Under the pieces are notes generated by a model. The model was not told the origin of the DNA. It made no database searches and saw only the letters and a list, made by a program, of their open reading frames with translations. A program made the position numbers and the translations under genes. Of a DNA stretch of 64,000 bases, positions 54,234-63,186 are shown piece by piece. The stretch covers positions 608,001 to 672,000 of the forward strand of contig CAWCVB010000002.1 of assembly GCA_963798915.1 (NCBI GenBank), given 5' to 3'. This stretch comes from an uncultured Gemmatimonadales bacterium. Lineage in GTDB: Bacteria > Gemmatimonadota > Gemmatimonadetes > Gemmatimonadales > GWC2-71-9. Position 1 is the first letter of the stretch; every line of letters starts with the position of its first letter.

Positions 54234-55199
54234 CTAGCGCGGCACATCGACACTGAGCGTCCCGAAGGCAGCGCCGGGTGTGCTGGCATAGCGCAGATCG
54301 ATGATGTGCACCACGTAGTCTGCCGCACCACTGTCAATGGCAAAGGTCGGAAACCGGGCCCACTCGAGGAATTGTCGTCCAGCCAGCGTCGCCTCGGCGC
54401 CGACCACGGCCGGGTGCGCGGGCGGAGTCGCGGGAAAGCTCTGGATCGAGGCGGCCACAATATGCGGCTGCCGCAGCCAGTCGAACTTCGCCAGTCGATA
54501 GACTTCGCCCTGGCGCACGACGATGTCACGCCGGAACGGGTTCATGAAGACCGGCCCCGCCATGACGGCCCGGACCGGATCCGGCGCGAGACGTTGCATG
54601 GCCTCTCTTGCGCGTTGCGCCACAGCCCGGCTGCTTCCCAGCATGACCGCGATGTAGGCCAGACTCGCCACGAGCGCGAGCCGGGCCGGCCGTTCCGGAA
54701 TCACGGTCCGCTGCCGCGAGAGTCTCCGGCTGCGGCTGGCCCAGACGCCGAGAAACAGGATGATGATCAGCCAGGGATCGAGGATGAACAGCGTGTCACC
54801 GTAGGTCCACCGGTCGTTCCACGGCAGCATCCAGCGCACGCCGTACGTGTTCAGCGTGTCCAGCAGCGGGTGACTGATGACGCCTGCGTACGCCAGCAGG
54901 AGGAGCTGCCCCGGGCGGACCTTGGATGGCAGCACCGCCGAGCTCAGTTTGCGGGCGGTCGTGTCGAGCAGCAACAGGACGAGCGTGAGCAGCACCGGAA
55001 GCACGACGACCGCCACGATGCCGTGGGTCCAGCCACGGCGCCAGTGCAGTGCCGCCTCCGGGCCATTCAGGTAGGCAACGATGTCCAGGTCCGGGAGATT
55101 GGCCGCGATGAGCAGGGTGGCGTAGCCCATTGCCGTACGGCGAGCCAGCCCGCTTTCGGCCAGGGCCGCGCCGGCAAGTGTGTGGCAGAGATTGTCCAT
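54234..55199 (-). CDS. Metal-dependent hydrolase, inner membrane (YdjM/DUF457-like)
   Basis: MDNLCHTL, ANLPDLD, RGWTHG, SHPLLD, YGVR. Confidence 0.85.
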   Translation of the reverse strand: MDNLCHTLAGAALAESGLARRTAMGYATLLIAANLPDLDIVAYLNGPEAALHWRRGWTHGIVAVVVLPVLLTLVLLLLDTTARKLSSAVLPSKVRPGQLLLLAYAGVISHPLLDTLNTYGVRWMLPWNDRWTYGDTLFILDPWLIIILFLGVWASRSRRLSRQRTVIPERPARLALVASLAYIAVMLGSSRAVAQRAREAMQRLAPDPVRAVMAGPVFMNPFRRDIVVRQGEVYRLAKFDWLRQPHIVAASIQSFPATPPAHPAVVGAEATLAGRQFLEWARFPTFAIDSGAADYVVHIIDLRYASTPGAAFGTLSVDVPR

Positions 55200-55220
55200 T
55201 CGCTCAGGCGGCCCTGGCGC

Positions 55221-55649
55221 TCATTCGAGTGCCGCGTCCAGTTCCACGGTTACGTTGTTCTTGAGCGCCATCGAAACCGGGCAGCCGTTCTTCGCCTCAT
55301 CGGCGGCCTTCCGGAACCCTTGCGCGTCCAGGCCCGGCACGACGCCCCGCAACGTGAGCTTCATTGTGGTGATCCGAAACCCGCCATCCACCTTGTCGAT
55401 GGTGCAGGCCGCGCTGGTCGTGATCCGGCTTGCGGGCGTTCCGGCTGCTTCCAGAGCGGCGCCAAGCGCCATGCTGATGCAGGCCGCATGCGCGGCGGCC
55501 AGCAATTCCTCCGGCGTGGTGCCCTTGGCGCCCTCGAAACGGGTCTGGAATGAATAGTTGCCGCTGAAGGCGCCGGAGTCTGCCTGGAATGTTCCGGTGC
55601 CCTGCTTGAGGCCGCCCTCCCAGACAGCCCGGGCCTTGCTCGTCGTCAT
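55221..55649 (-). CDS. osmC: OsmC-family peroxiredoxin
   Basis: AVWEG, TRFE, TPEELLAAAHAAC, CPVSMAL. Confidence 0.93.
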   Translation of the reverse strand: MTTSKARAVWEGGLKQGTGTFQADSGAFSGNYSFQTRFEGAKGTTPEELLAAAHAACISMALGAALEAAGTPASRITTSAACTIDKVDGGFRITTMKLTLRGVVPGLDAQGFRKAADEAKNGCPVSMALKNNVTVELDAALE

Positions 55650-55775
55650 GATGAGACCTCGCAGATGGAAATGCACGGCGGCCGGATCGGCCAACTGCAC
55701 GGTATGGGGAACTTAGGGCCGCCCGGGTGTCCCTCGCCAGCGGGACGGGACCGGGATAGCTTGCCAACCACGACC

Positions 55776-57005
55776 ATGACTCGACTCCCAAGTGCTGCAC
55801 TCACACTGCTTTTCCTCACGGCCGCCATGAGTTGCCGGGATGGCCGGCCGGCGCTGTCCGGGGGAACGGTGATCCGCGACAGCGCGGGCGTCCATATCAT
55901 TTTGAACACGGCGCCGGCCTGGCCACGCGACTCGGGATGGGAGGTGGTTGACACGCCATTCTTTGACGCGGGCGGGAAGCCCGGTACCGACTTCCAGGAC
56001 ATTGTCAGCGTGGTGCGGATGCCAGGTGGGGCACTGGCGGTAGCGGACGGCGGTGACCAGCGGATTCGGGTGTTCGATGCCTCGGGCGAAGTGATTCGCA
56101 TCCTGGGCGCCCGTGGCACCGGGCCCGGCGAGTTCCGCTCGCTGTCCTGGATGGTCGCTGCCGGCGACTCGCTTCTGGCCTACGACCTGGTGGAGCGACG
56201 CCTCACGCTGTTCGGCGCCAACGGGCGTGTACGCACCGCCGAACTCGGTACCGGCGACGGGCTGTTTACCGAGCCGCTTGGCCGGTTTCGCGACGGCACG
56301 CTGATGGTGAAGTCGGGCGGCCCGGTGTTTCCGTTTCCCGGTCACGCCGGTCAGGTTCGCCGGGACTCAGCGCTGTTGCTCCGCTTCGATGCCGACGGCC
56401 ACATGCTGGACACGCTCGCGCACGTACCCTGGAGCGAAAGTTTCGGGCTTGCGTTGGGAACAGACGACCGACAGTTCATGGCGCCGATGCCGCGCCCCTT
56501 TGCACGCCGGACCAGTGCGGTGCCCCTGAGCGATGGTTTCGCGGTGGGCGCCGGCGGCAACTTCGTGATTGACGTGTACGACCGGAAAGGCTCGCTCAAG
56601 CGCTCCGTCCGGCGCAACCTGCGGGGCACGCCGGTCACGCCAGAAGCTGTCCAGGCTTTCAAGGACGCACGGCGCGCCATGCCGACGACTGGCGGGCTGC
56701 AGGGGTCGCTCGATTCAGCGCAGGTGGCCGCGCTCGATAGCGCGCCGTTTCCCCGGACGATGCCGATCTTCGAGCAGGTCCTCGCCGACCAGGTGGGCAA
56801 CCTGTGGGTGGAGAATTACTCGATCCGCGGCGATGAGCCTCGACGGTGGAGCGTGTTTGACGACGATGGGCGCTGGTTGGGCGATGTGCTCACCCCGCCG
56901 CGATTTGACGTGCACTTCATTGCCAGGGATGCCATCTACGGCGTCTGGCATGCTGGGAGTGACGTTCCGCGAGTGCGCGGGTACCAGCTTATCAAGCCGA
57001 ACTAG
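55776..57005 (+). CDS. Lipoprotein, 6-bladed beta-propeller-like
   Basis: Lipobox AMSC; RDSAGV, GTGPGEF, GDSLLAYD, WSVFDDDGRWLG. Confidence 0.8.
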   Translation: MTRLPSAALTLLFLTAAMSCRDGRPALSGGTVIRDSAGVHIILNTAPAWPRDSGWEVVDTPFFDAGGKPGTDFQDIVSVVRMPGGALAVADGGDQRIRVFDASGEVIRILGARGTGPGEFRSLSWMVAAGDSLLAYDLVERRLTLFGANGRVRTAELGTGDGLFTEPLGRFRDGTLMVKSGGPVFPFPGHAGQVRRDSALLLRFDADGHMLDTLAHVPWSESFGLALGTDDRQFMAPMPRPFARRTSAVPLSDGFAVGAGGNFVIDVYDRKGSLKRSVRRNLRGTPVTPEAVQAFKDARRAMPTTGGLQGSLDSAQVAALDSAPFPRTMPIFEQVLADQVGNLWVENYSIRGDEPRRWSVFDDDGRWLGDVLTPPRFDVHFIARDAIYGVWHAGSDVPRVRGYQLIKPN

Positions 57006-57011
57006 CTGCGC

Positions 57012-57386
57012 TCAGCGGATTCCGGTATCACACACCAGGGTGACACGGTTATCACTTCCGGGGCCGGCGGTGAACGGCTCGGGCTGGGGTGGCGCCAGAC
57101 TGCCAGGGCAGATGGTGATCCGTGCCACGTATCTCCCCGGCTCGAGGGTCACTGTCGCCAGCCCGTTCGATCCAGTGTCCTCCACCTTGATCGTCGCTTC
57201 GTCCCGCAGGATGCGCACCTCAGCGTTATCTACCGGTGCCGTGTTGTCCTGACCCGGCTGCTCTACCGGTTGGATTGGTCCCCGTCTCACCGATATCGTG
57301 ACCGCCACGCCGTTATCAGGATCGGTGCTGCAGCGCCACATCGCCGCCGTTGACGCTGCCAGCAGCAGCAGGAGCAGATATTTCAT
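57012..57386 (-). CDS. Small hypothetical lipoprotein (transthyretin-like/Ig-like)
   Basis: Signal peptide with Cys; TGSNGLATVTLEPGRY; CDTGIR terminus. Confidence 0.6.
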   Translation of the reverse strand: MKYLLLLLLAASTAAMWRCSTDPDNGVAVTISVRRGPIQPVEQPGQDNTAPVDNAEVRILRDEATIKVEDTGSNGLATVTLEPGRYVARITICPGSLAPPQPEPFTAGPGSDNRVTLVCDTGIR

Positions 57387-57495
57387 CGGGTCACCATTTC
57401 GAGATCTTTCCGATCAAGACGAAGCATGTCACGTGAAAGATGGCACAACCGGCTTCGATTGACAGGCGACGGGACCACGGCGCGGCGTCTGGCCG

Positions 57496-58068
57496 TCAGC
57501 GGCGGCGGATCAGTATGAGCCCCAGCCCGATCGGCAGCAGTGCCAGGGCCAGGGCGCGGGCGCGCTGGTCCTGTGACGCCCCGTCACTCGCCGCTGCCAG
57601 CTCCTTGAGGGCTTGGTCTACGTCGCTCTGGGTCACCTTCCGGCCCATGATAAATCCATCCTGCGTTCGTGTCGGCACGTTCACCTCCCGCACCTTGCCG
57701 TCGGCGATACTGACCAACGCCGTGGGGCCGTCGTCGCCGCCGATATTGATGGCCAGCACCCAGGTTCCTTCCACCGGCCAGCTCCGGCGCAGCGCCGAGA
57801 CGCCAGCCATGCTGGTCCTCTCAAAGGCAAGCGTCCTTACCTGGCGCTCGCCGTTCACGAGCCCGGTCGCGGTGCCCGAAATGGGATATTGGACGATGGC
57901 TCCATGATGGTAGCTATGGACCAGGAGATAGGCGCCGCGGGTCGTGCTGTTGAGCGGATTGGCGGGAAGTTCAATGGAGACCCAGGGCGGTCCCGCGTGC
58001 GCTGGGGTGACAATGGCGGCGACCGCCAGGTTGGCGATCGCAACGGCAGCGAGGAGCGAGCGATTCAT
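57496..58068 (-). CDS. Secreted hypothetical protein with C-terminal TM anchor
   Basis: GGAGG RBS; signal peptide ending AHA-GPPW; C-terminus ALALALLPIGLGLILIRRR. Confidence 0.75.
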   Translation of the reverse strand: MNRSLLAAVAIANLAVAAIVTPAHAGPPWVSIELPANPLNSTTRGAYLLVHSYHHGAIVQYPISGTATGLVNGERQVRTLAFERTSMAGVSALRRSWPVEGTWVLAINIGGDDGPTALVSIADGKVREVNVPTRTQDGFIMGRKVTQSDVDQALKELAAASDGASQDQRARALALALLPIGLGLILIRRR

Positions 58069-58109
58069 GGTGACCTCCAGTCAAGGGACATCGCATGGGT
58101 GACCTGTCC

Positions 58110-58142
58110 CTTTGATGACGGTCATTCATGGAGCGTTTGAAC
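58110..58142 (-). promoter_or_regulatory. Putative ECF sigma promoter (copy 2)
   Basis: GTTCAAAC-N17-CATCAAAG, same spacing as the copy upstream of the ECF gene. Confidence 0.65.
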
Positions 58143-59019
58143 GGCCGAAGTCCTGCCGTGCAATCGTGACGCTGCCCTTGAGCGAGCGCACGCTGACATG
58201 CGCGCTGCCCTCGCCAAGGACATACCGCACCGGTTGGCCCTCGGCGGCTGTCCGGCGAGCGGCCGGAAAGCCGCTCATGATCTTGCCACTGAAGGCGACC
58301 ACGTCGATCGTGGCGCTTTGCTGCTCCGGCAGACTGATGTGGATCGGCGCCTGGTGTGTCTGCAGGTCCAGCGTGCCGTCCCGCCCAACCGGCCCGTCGA
58401 AGCTCACCCGGCCCGTGACGCTTTCCACCTGGCCTGCAATCACATCACGCGCCGCGTGCACCGAGATCGGGCCACTCACGCTCGAGACTGTCAGGTCGCC
58501 GCCGCCTTTCCGGATCGTAATGGCGCCATCAGCCGTCTTGGCGCGCGTGACCGCCGCGACGGCATCGAGCTCGATCGCCCCATCCATGGATTCCACGGTG
58601 ATCAGGCCCGGCTCGCCGGTGACCCTGATGGTTCCGCTGACGCTTGCCAGATCGAGCGCGCCCGAGACCCCGTCGACCTGGATGCTGGCCGTCGCCGACT
58701 TGACCCATACCCGGGCCCGGCGCGGCACCAGGATCTCCAGGGTCGCTCCCGGGGCGTCAAGTTGATTGCCGGTTTCCACGCCGAGCTTCATGCTGCGGCC
58801 TGTGCCGCCGATGAAGAAGCGGCCGGCACCGCTCGGGACCCTTGCGACGACGCGAACGCTGTCCGCGTCCCAGCCCGTGACGTGCGTGCTGCCAACCAGG
58901 TTGAAGATCCGGATGGAGGCGTCGGGATCGGCCGGCAGCTGTCGAGTCAGCGGTTGCTGAGCGCCCGCCTGTGCCACGCCGACGAGCAGCATTGCAGCCA
59001 GCCAGGTTCTGGTGCGCAT
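58126..59019 (-). CDS. DUF4097 family beta-strand repeat protein
   Basis: Signal peptide; repeated SVSGxI / SMDGAI / TADGAI strands. Confidence 0.85.
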   Translation of the reverse strand: MRTRTWLAAMLLVGVAQAGAQQPLTRQLPADPDASIRIFNLVGSTHVTGWDADSVRVVARVPSGAGRFFIGGTGRSMKLGVETGNQLDAPGATLEILVPRRARVWVKSATASIQVDGVSGALDLASVSGTIRVTGEPGLITVESMDGAIELDAVAAVTRAKTADGAITIRKGGGDLTVSSVSGPISVHAARDVIAGQVESVTGRVSFDGPVGRDGTLDLQTHQAPIHISLPEQQSATIDVVAFSGKIMSGFPAARRTAAEGQPVRYVLGEGSAHVSVRSLKGSVTIARQDFGRSNAP

Positions 59020-59020
59020 G

Positions 59021-59629
59021 CTAGAGGTCACGCGCAATGCGGGTCGCCTGCTCCAGCAGCGCGACGCGCTGGGCCTGCCCGGTGCGGAACAGGGTTCGCA
59101 GGTCGGGATTCGACGGGTCACGCTCGAGGGCATCGCGTGATTCCGTGATGGCCCGGTCGATGATTGTCAGGTTGCGCTCGATCGTCGCCACGGTCTCGGG
59201 CGCCAGGGTCGGGCGCTCGCGGCGAAATTCTGCTTCCAGCGCCTCGGCCCTCGGCGCATACTGCGCCTGGATCAGCTCGACCACTGCCGCGGATGTTGGC
59301 GGCGCTGGGGCAGCCGGTCGCCGGCGAACCAGCACGGCCGTGGCCAGGGACGAGGCAGCCATCAGGACGATCGCCGCGGCAGCCGCCAGGATCCGTCCAC
59401 GCCACCTGGCCGGCGCGATGCGGCGCGCCACGTGGGGCCAGAGATCCGCTGGCGGGGCAATGCCAGGCCGGAGCGCAGCCACTGGCCCGGCCAGCATCCT
59501 GGCCGCCTCCAGGTCGTCCCGGCAGCCCTCACAGCCCTGCACATGCTGCCGCATCTGTTGCTGCTGGGCTTCGGAGAGTCGTCCGGCCAGGTAGTCGTCC
59601 AGTTGGTCCCGGTACTGCGCGCAGGTCAT
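59021..59629 (-). CDS. Anti-sigma factor with zf-HC2 domain
   Basis: HVQGCEGC (HxxxCxxC), single TM helix; follows the ECF gene. Confidence 0.9.
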   Translation of the reverse strand: MTCAQYRDQLDDYLAGRLSEAQQQQMRQHVQGCEGCRDDLEAARMLAGPVAALRPGIAPPADLWPHVARRIAPARWRGRILAAAAAIVLMAASSLATAVLVRRRPAAPAPPTSAAVVELIQAQYAPRAEALEAEFRRERPTLAPETVATIERNLTIIDRAITESRDALERDPSNPDLRTLFRTGQAQRVALLEQATRIARDL

Positions 59630-60200
59630 CGGCTCATCATCTCCCGCAGGAGCCGCCTGGCCCGGAAGAGCTGGGCCTTTGACGTACCCTCTGCAATGCC
59701 GGCGTGGCCGGCGATTTCCGCATGGGTATACCCCTCCACGTCGTGCAGCACGAAGACGGTCCGTGCCCCGGGTGGCAACTGCGCAATGGCGCCTTCGAGG
59801 TCGAAGTCACGCATGGGTACGTCGGCGCCGCGCTCGAATTGCTCGGGCCGATCCGTGGTCAGCAGCCGGCGGCTTCGCCGGAAGGCCGAGCGGCGGTCGG
59901 CCAGTACCACATTGACAGCAAGCCGGTGCAGCCAGGTACCGAAACTGCTGTCCCCCGGAAGCTGCTGAGCCGCTCCCAGGCGCGCACAAATACATCCTGG
60001 GTGAGCTCACTCGCACGCTCCGGGCTGGCTTCGAGCCGCATGCACAACGCATAGATCCGGTCCACGTGGCGGTGGTACAGATCGGCGAAGGCCCGCTGGT
60101 CTCCCGACTGGGCCCGCCGGACAGCCGGTTCGGCCCTCCCGGGCGGGCTCATCCCCGCCATGCCGAACCGCAGCTGAGCCGCCAACACGTGAGTGGACAC
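59626..60200 (-). pseudogene. ECF RNA polymerase sigma factor with -1 frameshift in a G5 run (probably a sequencing error)
   Basis: GDQRAFADLY..QDVFVRAW in one frame and LPPGARTVFVLHDVEG..GTSKAQLFRAR in another; one more G at 59952-59956 restores FRGDSSFGTWLHRLAVN. Confidence 0.9.
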
Positions 60201-60204
60201 AGTG

Positions 60205-60237
60205 CTTGGATGCCGGAGAGCGCGACAGGGTTTGAAC
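60205..60237 (-). promoter_or_regulatory. Putative autoregulatory ECF promoter (copy 1)
   Basis: GTTCAAAC-N17-CATCCAAG ending 4 nt before the GTG at 60200. Confidence 0.65.
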
Positions 60238-60289
60238 CGGTCATCGGGACGCTGGCGGCGGGGCCGGAACCTGTCTACACTCCTGCCTC

Positions 60290-61420
60290 ATGGCATTCTT
60301 CGACACCGACAAGCAGCGGGCCTCCGGCCTCATTGCGATCCTGGGCATCGCCCTGGTCATTGCGCTATGGCCATTCACGGTCGGGCTCATCGGCGCACCG
60401 GTGCTCTACGTGACCTTCGCGCCGCTCTACCGGGTGCTGACCCGGCGATTGCCGCCGGCGATCGCCATCTGGCTGATCATCATCGTTGCGTTGCTGCTCA
60501 TTGCGGGCCCGGTGGCGTCCATTGTGTCGCTGGTCGCGACGCAGGGCCCGGAAATGCTTCGCAGCGTGGTGAACAGTCCGCTGCTCGACCGGCTGACCAG
60601 CATCCGCATCGGCTCCTACGATGTGGGAGAGCAGATCAGCCAGCAATTCCGGACCATCGGCTCGCAGCTGCTGAGCCGCGCCGGGCCAGCGGCGCTCGCC
60701 ATCCTCGGATCGGCCACACGGCTGACGCTGCAACTTACGGTCGCATTCTTCGGGTTCTACTACCTGCTTCGGGCGCCCAAGCGGGCCTGGGCACGCATCC
60801 GGCCGTTCGTGCCATTCAGTGCGGAGAATGCCGACTCCCTGAAGAAGCGGTTCAAGGACGTCACCATCTCCACCCTGATCGGAACCTTCCTCACCGCCGC
60901 GGTGCAGGGCGCCCTTCTGGGTGTCGCGTTTCAGGTGGCAGGGCTGGCCAATCCGCTGTTCTGGGGAGTGATGACGACCCTCTTCGCCATCCTGCCCGTG
61001 GTGGGAAGCGGACTTGTCTGGGTGCCGGCGGTGGTGGTGCTCTACCTGCAGGGGCGACTCATCGCAGCCGTGCTGATGCTGGTCTGGGGACTCTTTGGCG
61101 TCGGGGGCGTGGACAACATCATCCGGCCCTGGGTCTACCGCCGGTACGCACGGATTCATCCCTTCATCACCGTGATCGGCGCATTCGCCGGCATTGCCTA
61201 CTTTGGGCTGCTGGGCCTCCTGATCGGCCCCCTGGCCATCTCATATTTCTTCGAGCTGATCCGGATGTATCAGGAAGAATACCTGGCGCACATTTCGCCG
61301 CCCCCGCCGGAGCCGGAGCCGGCACCACGCCGGCGGTTCTCGATTCCCGGCTTTCGCCGGGCGGGCGATCCGGTGGCGCCACCGCCGCCCTTGCCCAGCC
61401 CGCCCGACCAGTCCGTCTGA
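60290..61420 (+). CDS. AI-2E family transporter
   Basis: Multi-TM; LPVVGSGLVWVP, DNIIRP, FGLLGLLIGP. Confidence 0.9.
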   Translation: MAFFDTDKQRASGLIAILGIALVIALWPFTVGLIGAPVLYVTFAPLYRVLTRRLPPAIAIWLIIIVALLLIAGPVASIVSLVATQGPEMLRSVVNSPLLDRLTSIRIGSYDVGEQISQQFRTIGSQLLSRAGPAALAILGSATRLTLQLTVAFFGFYYLLRAPKRAWARIRPFVPFSAENADSLKKRFKDVTISTLIGTFLTAAVQGALLGVAFQVAGLANPLFWGVMTTLFAILPVVGSGLVWVPAVVVLYLQGRLIAAVLMLVWGLFGVGGVDNIIRPWVYRRYARIHPFITVIGAFAGIAYFGLLGLLIGPLAISYFFELIRMYQEEYLAHISPPPPEPEPAPRRRFSIPGFRRAGDPVAPPPPLPSPPDQSV

Positions 61421-62764
61421 CTACGCCCTTGCCCGGCGCGACTTCCAGTACAGGTAGATCGGCACTCCGAGCGCCAGGATGACGGCGCCGCGTCCTGCGT
61501 TGGCCGGATTCGATGCCACCGAGCCCACCACCACGTACGCCGCGGCCAGGATGAAGAGAAGGGGAAGCAGCGGATAGCCGGGCATGCGATAGCCGGGCTG
61601 GCCTGAGGGCCGGCCCTCGCGCTCCCGCCGGCGATAGACCAGCAGCGCGGCGGCGGCCAGGCCGAAGAAGATCCAGTCGGCAAACACGACATAATCGAGC
61701 AGCTGACCATAGCGATTGGTCTGCAACAGCAGGATGGCCCAGACCGCCTGAATGATGATTGCGGCCGACGGCGTCCGGAAACGGGGATGCAGGCGGGAAA
61801 ATCGCTCGAAGAATAACCCGTCAGCGGCCACCGCCTGGTAGACACGTGGGCTGACCAGGATGACCAGATTGAGGAAGCCGAAGGTGGAGACCACGATCCC
61901 CATGGCGACCAGGGTGCGGCCGGCCGGTCCGATCAACGCAAGCATGGCGTCGGCGGCCGGCGCGTCAGTTGCTGCGAGGCCGGCGGCCCCGAGGCCGTGC
62001 AGGTAGGTCGCATTGGCCAGGATGTAGACCAGCACCACGCCAGCCACTCCAATGATCAGCGCGCGAGGCAGATTGCGCTCCGGCGCGATCATCTCCTCCG
62101 CCACGAAATTGGTCTGCTGCCACCCACCGTAGGAGAACAGCACCGGAACCAGCGCGGCCCCCAGGGCGAAGAGCAGCGATGATGGTGCCGCGGGCTCGGG
62201 CAGGGCGGCTGCCGGCGCCGGAAGCGCCCCCAGCACTGACGCAACGCCTGCAGCGATGATCAGCCCCAGGGCAAGCAGCTTGAGCAGCGTGAAGAGGTTC
62301 TGGGTGGCGGCACCCCAATGGACGCCGACGTAATTGATGACCGACAGGAGCACGATGGCGCCGCCCGCCAGCGGCAGCTGCCAGCTCTCCTGGATGTGCG
62401 CGAGCGAGAGCGCGTAGTCGGCAAAGGTGACGGCCACGGCGGCGATCGCACCAGTTCCGATGATCAGCAGCAGCGCCCAGGCATAGAGAAAGGCAGGGAG
62501 CCCGCCAAAGGCATCGCGGATGTAGACGTAGTGGCCGCCGGCCCTGGGGGACCTGGCTCCCAGTTCGGCAAAGACCAGCGCGCCAACCATGGCAATGGCC
62601 CCGCCCAGAATCCACGCACCGAGCGTGAGCGGCGTGGTGAGCACACGCTGGGCGACCACCTGCGGATTCCGGAAGATCCCAGCCCCGATGATGCCGCCCA
62701 TGACCAGCATGACGCCGGAAAACAGGCCGACTCGCCGGGCGTACGTTACGGGCGCGTCACTCAT
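61421..62764 (-). CDS. APC-family amino acid permease
   Basis: IIGAGIF, FAELG..PRAGGHY, FSYGGW, EEMIAPERNLP, PRFRTP. Confidence 0.92.
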   Translation of the reverse strand: MSDAPVTYARRVGLFSGVMLVMGGIIGAGIFRNPQVVAQRVLTTPLTLGAWILGGAIAMVGALVFAELGARSPRAGGHYVYIRDAFGGLPAFLYAWALLLIIGTGAIAAVAVTFADYALSLAHIQESWQLPLAGGAIVLLSVINYVGVHWGAATQNLFTLLKLLALGLIIAAGVASVLGALPAPAAALPEPAAPSSLLFALGAALVPVLFSYGGWQQTNFVAEEMIAPERNLPRALIIGVAGVVLVYILANATYLHGLGAAGLAATDAPAADAMLALIGPAGRTLVAMGIVVSTFGFLNLVILVSPRVYQAVAADGLFFERFSRLHPRFRTPSAAIIIQAVWAILLLQTNRYGQLLDYVVFADWIFFGLAAAALLVYRRREREGRPSGQPGYRMPGYPLLPLLFILAAAYVVVGSVASNPANAGRGAVILALGVPIYLYWKSRRARA

Positions 62765-63116
62765 GCGCGCCATTCGCGAATCGCATGCGCACCCCTTCGA
62801 GTTCGGTGAGAAACTGGTGGCTGAGGTCCGCGAGCCTGGCCACGTCGGCACTCAGCTGATCCCAGGCCTGGACCGGCGCCGCGAGTTCAATTCGCCGGGC
62901 CAGCTCCGAGACCTCGAAGGCGCCGAAATTCCCGGTGGTCGAGATGAGGCTGTGTGCCGCCGGTGCCAGGGCCTCGGCGTCGCGAGCCGCCGCCGCCGCC
63001 TCCAGGCGGGCCAGACGGCCGGGCAGTTCGTCGAGCACCAGCACGACGAGGCTGCGCACGAGCCCGTGTCCGCCGATCGCCTCGAGCCGCGCGATGGCGT
63101 CAGGATCCATGATCAT
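62757..63116 (-). CDS. Stand-alone Hpt domain protein
   Basis: AAHSLISTTGNFGA..SELARRIE. Confidence 0.8.
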   Translation of the reverse strand: MIMDPDAIARLEAIGGHGLVRSLVVLVLDELPGRLARLEAAAAARDAEALAPAAHSLISTTGNFGAFEVSELARRIELAAPVQAWDQLSADVARLADLSHQFLTELEGVRMRFANGAHE

Positions 63117-63186
63117 GCTGTTCCTTCCCAAGGTGGAGCGATACGGTATGGCAGCACCGCCGTGACTCCGCTATCATGCGCGCCTT

